From NCBI GenBank assembly GCA_004554705.1, contig SFKS01000002.1:29942-93941 (forward strand): a DNA stretch of 64,000 bases, given 5' to 3'. The DNA is from Clostridiales bacterium (GTDB taxonomy: Bacteria; Bacillota; Clostridia; TANB77; CAG-508). The translations under genes and the position numbers were made by a program. Under the pieces are notes generated by a model that ran no database searches, was not told the origin of the DNA, and worked only from the letters and a program-made list of their open reading frames with translations. Shown piece by piece: positions 61,188 to 64,000 of this stretch (positions are counted from its first letter, which is position 1; each line of letters starts with the position of its first letter).

Positions 61188-64000
61188 TTATTGAGGGAAT
61201 TCTTTTTCATTAGACTCTGGTAACTCGCCCGTATTAATCCATGTGAAGAAGTTATCCATATCAAAGAGTATAAATCTTTTTTGTGTCCCTCCATTTATTC
61301 TCATTCTAACATATTGTCTATTTAATAGTCCAGCTATTGCTTCTACGTTCATTTTTACGGGGCTTCTTTGTTTTCTTGCTTCGTTTTTTATTCTGGCAGT
61401 TATTCCGACGATTTGTTTTTCTTCGTCGTATACGATGTAGTCTAGTATTCCTTCGTCGCTTAATCCTTTTATCCATTCTTCGTTGGTTAATTCTGGTTTG
61501 GAGAAGCGTCCCATGCTTTCGTTGTTTTTCATTATGAGTTTATCTTCTATGTTTTTAGATTTGTATTGATTTATTGTGGTTAGTATTATGTTTCTAATGT
61601 CTTCTACGATGTCTTGGTCTGCTTCCTCCATAGTTCTTGCGTCTTCATATGGTTGTAGGAACCATGTGTAGTCTTGTATGTTGAGTTGTGCGTATTCTGT
61701 TAATTGTTTGATGAATATGTTTCGTAGGTCTTCGATTGGGGTTAGTAGTAGTTTTTGTATTGGGATAGTGGTACTGTAGTATGTTATGTAGTCTCCGATT
61801 GCGTGGAGTATTTTGAATTTTGATGTGTTGATATTTCCGTTGAAATTGTATCTTTCGTTGAATAGGTTGTAGTCTGTGTTGTTGAATCTTTCTTGGCTTG
61901 TCATTGTTATGAGTGTGCTTCTACGGACGATTGCTGCGTCTTCGGGGAGTGTTACGTTACTGGTGTAGATTACATTACTGTACCCATATACATCGTAGCC
62001 GGGTTTTCTGATGATTTTGTTGTCTACATTGATTTTTATTAAATCTTCGACTTCGGAGTGTGGTCCTACTAGGCTTTCACATTCATTTATTATGATGCCT
62101 GTTCCTGTTTGTGATACTGCTCTTCCGTATTGTGCTGGTGTTTTGCATGTGCTTCCGGGTTTTTCTGTGAGTTCGTTTATTGGTGTCCATATGAGCATGC
62201 CTATTTGGGAGAGTGTTGTTTTTGCTGTTCTTGATGCTCCATGTATGAATAGGCTTGGTATTGGTTCTCCGTCTTCTTTTCTGATGAAGCTGTATGGGCT
62301 GGTTAGACAGTATCGTAGGATTCCTGTTATTTTTGTTTTATCTCCTTTGTACCATTCATAAAGGTCTTTTAATAGTTGTAATGCTTTTTGTACTTGTTCA
62401 GGGGCTGGTTTATCTTCTTCGATATTTATGCTTCCTTCTCCTTTACTTCTTACTATTTCGTGTTTTTCCGGGTGTATGAATATGCCGGGTACGGGTACAT
62501 CTATTTTGAAGTTTATAAGGTTGTTTTCTCTGAAATAATGTGTTATTTTATTCATTAAGTCGGGGAAAATATTTTGGGTAAGTACTGCTCCAGCGTCTTT
62601 TCTAATTTGAGCTACACATGTAGGGAAGCCTTTAACGTCAGCGTTTTTGTCTGTTGCTATGTGTTGTATTTTTTTATTGTTTGTGTTTATAGTGTATTTG
62701 ATTTCGCAGATACTTGAGGCTTTTTTGTCCATTATATTATCACGTAGGTTGATTTCGTCTATTACGAATCCCGTTATGATTTTTTGTGTTTTTCGTGTGG
62801 GTTGTCCTTGCCAGTGATGTTCTGCGTTAAATTCATAGTATCCTTCTTTTGCTGCTTTATTTAATGTTTTGTATCCGGGAATTTGTAGTTTGTTTTCTTT
62901 AGCATAATTTATAAGGTCCATTTTGATATCATTGAGTGTAGATAATACTTCTTTTTCAGTTCTCATTGTGCAGGTGTTGTAGTCTAGTATGATTGTTTCG
63001 TCCTTGTTTTTGAATTGGTATTCATTATGTAAGGCTTTTTCTAGTTGGAATGCCCATTTGTTTCCGTAGCCCGGTTCTACTGTCTCGTTTAGTTTTTGTA
63101 TGAGTGTGGGTAGGCCGGTTTTGTTGGTTTGTGTTCTGTATTGTGGGTTCCATTCTCGTAGGAAGTCTTTTTTTGTTTTTGTATTGTTTTTGAATTGTAT
63201 TGTTTCGGTGATTTTGTTTATGATTGTTTCTGCTGTTTCTATGTCTATGTGTTGGCTGAGGTAGTGTGATAGTGGTAGTAGTACGTTTGTGTGTTTGCTG
63301 TTTTGGAGTTTTTGGAATGCCGTTTGTATTAGTTGTGTTATTTGTTGTATATTATTTGGAGTATTACTTTTTACGGTTTTAGTATTACTTCGTGTGGGTG
63401 CATCCTGAATCCATGTGAAGCCAGATTCTAAAAGGACTTTTTTAACCCACTCGTTAATATCTTCTATAGCATTGTTGAAATCTGGGTTGAATATTACTCC
63501 AGTTTGAAGTATTTCATATTCGAATCCATCGACTGTACTTCCCCCTAATACGATTTGTCTGTTTTGGTGTGTGAATATTTCTATGCTGTTTTCCAGTTTG
63601 TGGTTACTGTATTCTTTTAATTCATCAGGTAGGTGTTCTTCGGATGGGAGTTTTAAGTGTGTGCTGGTGTAGTGGTCGTTATCGTTAGTGTAGTTTGCTT
63701 GTGTTTTGTTCCAGCAGAATATATGGTATCCATTAGGTGATTTGTGTATTTCGAAGCGTTTGTCGTTTTTTATGTATTGGTAGAGTGTTTGGAATAAGTA
63801 TTCGGTGGAACCGGGGATTTTTTGGTTTTGTATTGTTAGGCCGTCTATGTCTATGCAGGCGAGACTGTATCCATGTGTGTCGTGGTTCCAGCCGGTCATT
63901 ATTCCGTAGTTTCCTTGGTGTGTTGTTAGTTGTTCTGGTGTTTGTATTGTTGTGCTCCAGTTTTTTGTTTGTGGGTATTTTTGGTTGGGTGGTATTGGTA
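61188..64000 (-). CDS. bifunctional primase-polymerase (PrimPol) fused to a D5-like SF3 helicase; 5' end beyond the window
   Basis: Motifs are ACIDIDG (DxD), NGYHIFCW, HGASRTAKT (Walker A) and IIINECE (Walker B). The frame stays open from ATG 63899 to position 64000 and reads like the conserved PrimPol N-terminus. Confidence 0.8.
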   Translation of the reverse strand, partial: PIPPNQKYPQTKNWSTTIQTPEQLTTHQGNYGIMTGWNHDTHGYSLACIDIDGLTIQNQKIPGSTEYLFQTLYQYIKNDKRFEIHKSPNGYHIFCWNKTQANYTNDNDHYTSTHLKLPSEEHLPDELKEYSNHKLENSIEIFTHQNRQIVLGGSTVDGFEYEILQTGVIFNPDFNNAIEDINEWVKKVLLESGFTWIQDAPTRSNTKTVKSNTPNNIQQITQLIQTAFQKLQNSKHTNVLLPLSHYLSQHIDIETAETIINKITETIQFKNNTKTKKDFLREWNPQYRTQTNKTGLPTLIQKLNETVEPGYGNKWAFQLEKALHNEYQFKNKDETIILDYNTCTMRTEKEVLSTLNDIKMDLINYAKENKLQIPGYKTLNKAAKEGYYEFNAEHHWQGQPTRKTQKIITGFVIDEINLRDNIMDKKASSICEIKYTINTNNKKIQHIATDKNADVKGFPTCVAQIRKDAGAVLTQNIFPDLMNKITHYFRENNLINFKIDVPVPGIFIHPEKHEIVRSKGEGSINIEEDKPAPEQVQKALQLLKDLYEWYKGDKTKITGILRYCLTSPYSFIRKEDGEPIPSLFIHGASRTAKTTLSQIGMLIWTPINELTEKPGSTCKTPAQYGRAVSQTGTGIIINECESLVGPHSEVEDLIKINVDNKIIRKPGYDVYGYSNVIYTSNVTLPEDAAIVRRSTLITMTSQERFNNTDYNLFNERYNFNGNINTSKFKILHAIGDYITYYSTTIPIQKLLLTPIEDLRNIFIKQLTEYAQLNIQDYTWFLQPYEDARTMEEADQDIVEDIRNIILTTINQYKSKNIEDKLIMKNNESMGRFSKPELTNEEWIKGLSDEGILDYIVYDEEKQIVGITARIKNEARKQRSPVKMNVEAIAGLLNRQYVRMRINGGTQKRFILFDMDNFFTWINTGELPESNEKEFPQ

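Overview
The window is AT-rich and densely coding, and I read it as part of a large tailed dsDNA virus or provirus genome. No rRNA, tRNA or CRISPR array was found.

Layout:
- 46-27698 (+): a tail/baseplate/fiber module. It holds two paralogous hub-like proteins, a spike-like protein, a tail fiber, a baseplate J-like protein, a gp25/XkdS-like protein, a gpI/XkdU-like protein and three giant proteins of 1350-1569 aa.
- 27768-41382 (-): a nucleotide-metabolism and replication module. It holds an intein-containing class III ribonucleotide reductase with a GIY-YIG endonuclease next to it, a dCTP deaminase-like protein, an XPF/Hef-type nuclease, and a Pol III alpha (DnaE) split from its PHP domain by one in-frame TAA. 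A holin-like gene ends the block.
- 41577-45534 (+): an opposite-strand three-gene island of unknown function.
- 45546-64000 (-): a second block with an Mre11/SbcD-like nuclease, an Rnl1-like ligase, an XPD/DinG-like helicase, a gp1-like dNMP kinase, many small ORFs, and a PrimPol-D5 primase-helicase that runs off the window edge.

Host inference: several signals point to a pseudomurein-walled methanogen (Methanobacteriales-like) rather than a bacterium.
- There are two transglutaminase-like (Pei-type) peptidase domains, one preceded by an LPNYV-type pseudomurein-binding-repeat-like region.
- Repeated AACA-TTTAWATA boxes sit 22 nt upstream of a TGCA-type initiator.
- The RNR is the anaerobic class III type, and XPF- and XPD-type repair proteins are present.

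Most notable observations:
- virion-associated Pei-like domains
- the split bacterial-type DnaE
- three promoter-leader-hairpin modules
- a 22-nt direct repeat flanking a GC-rich insert
- an extreme T+G strand bias at about 53.9-56.7 kb
- coding-looking stretches that lack canonical start codons

All family assignments come from motif recognition by eye. No searches were run.
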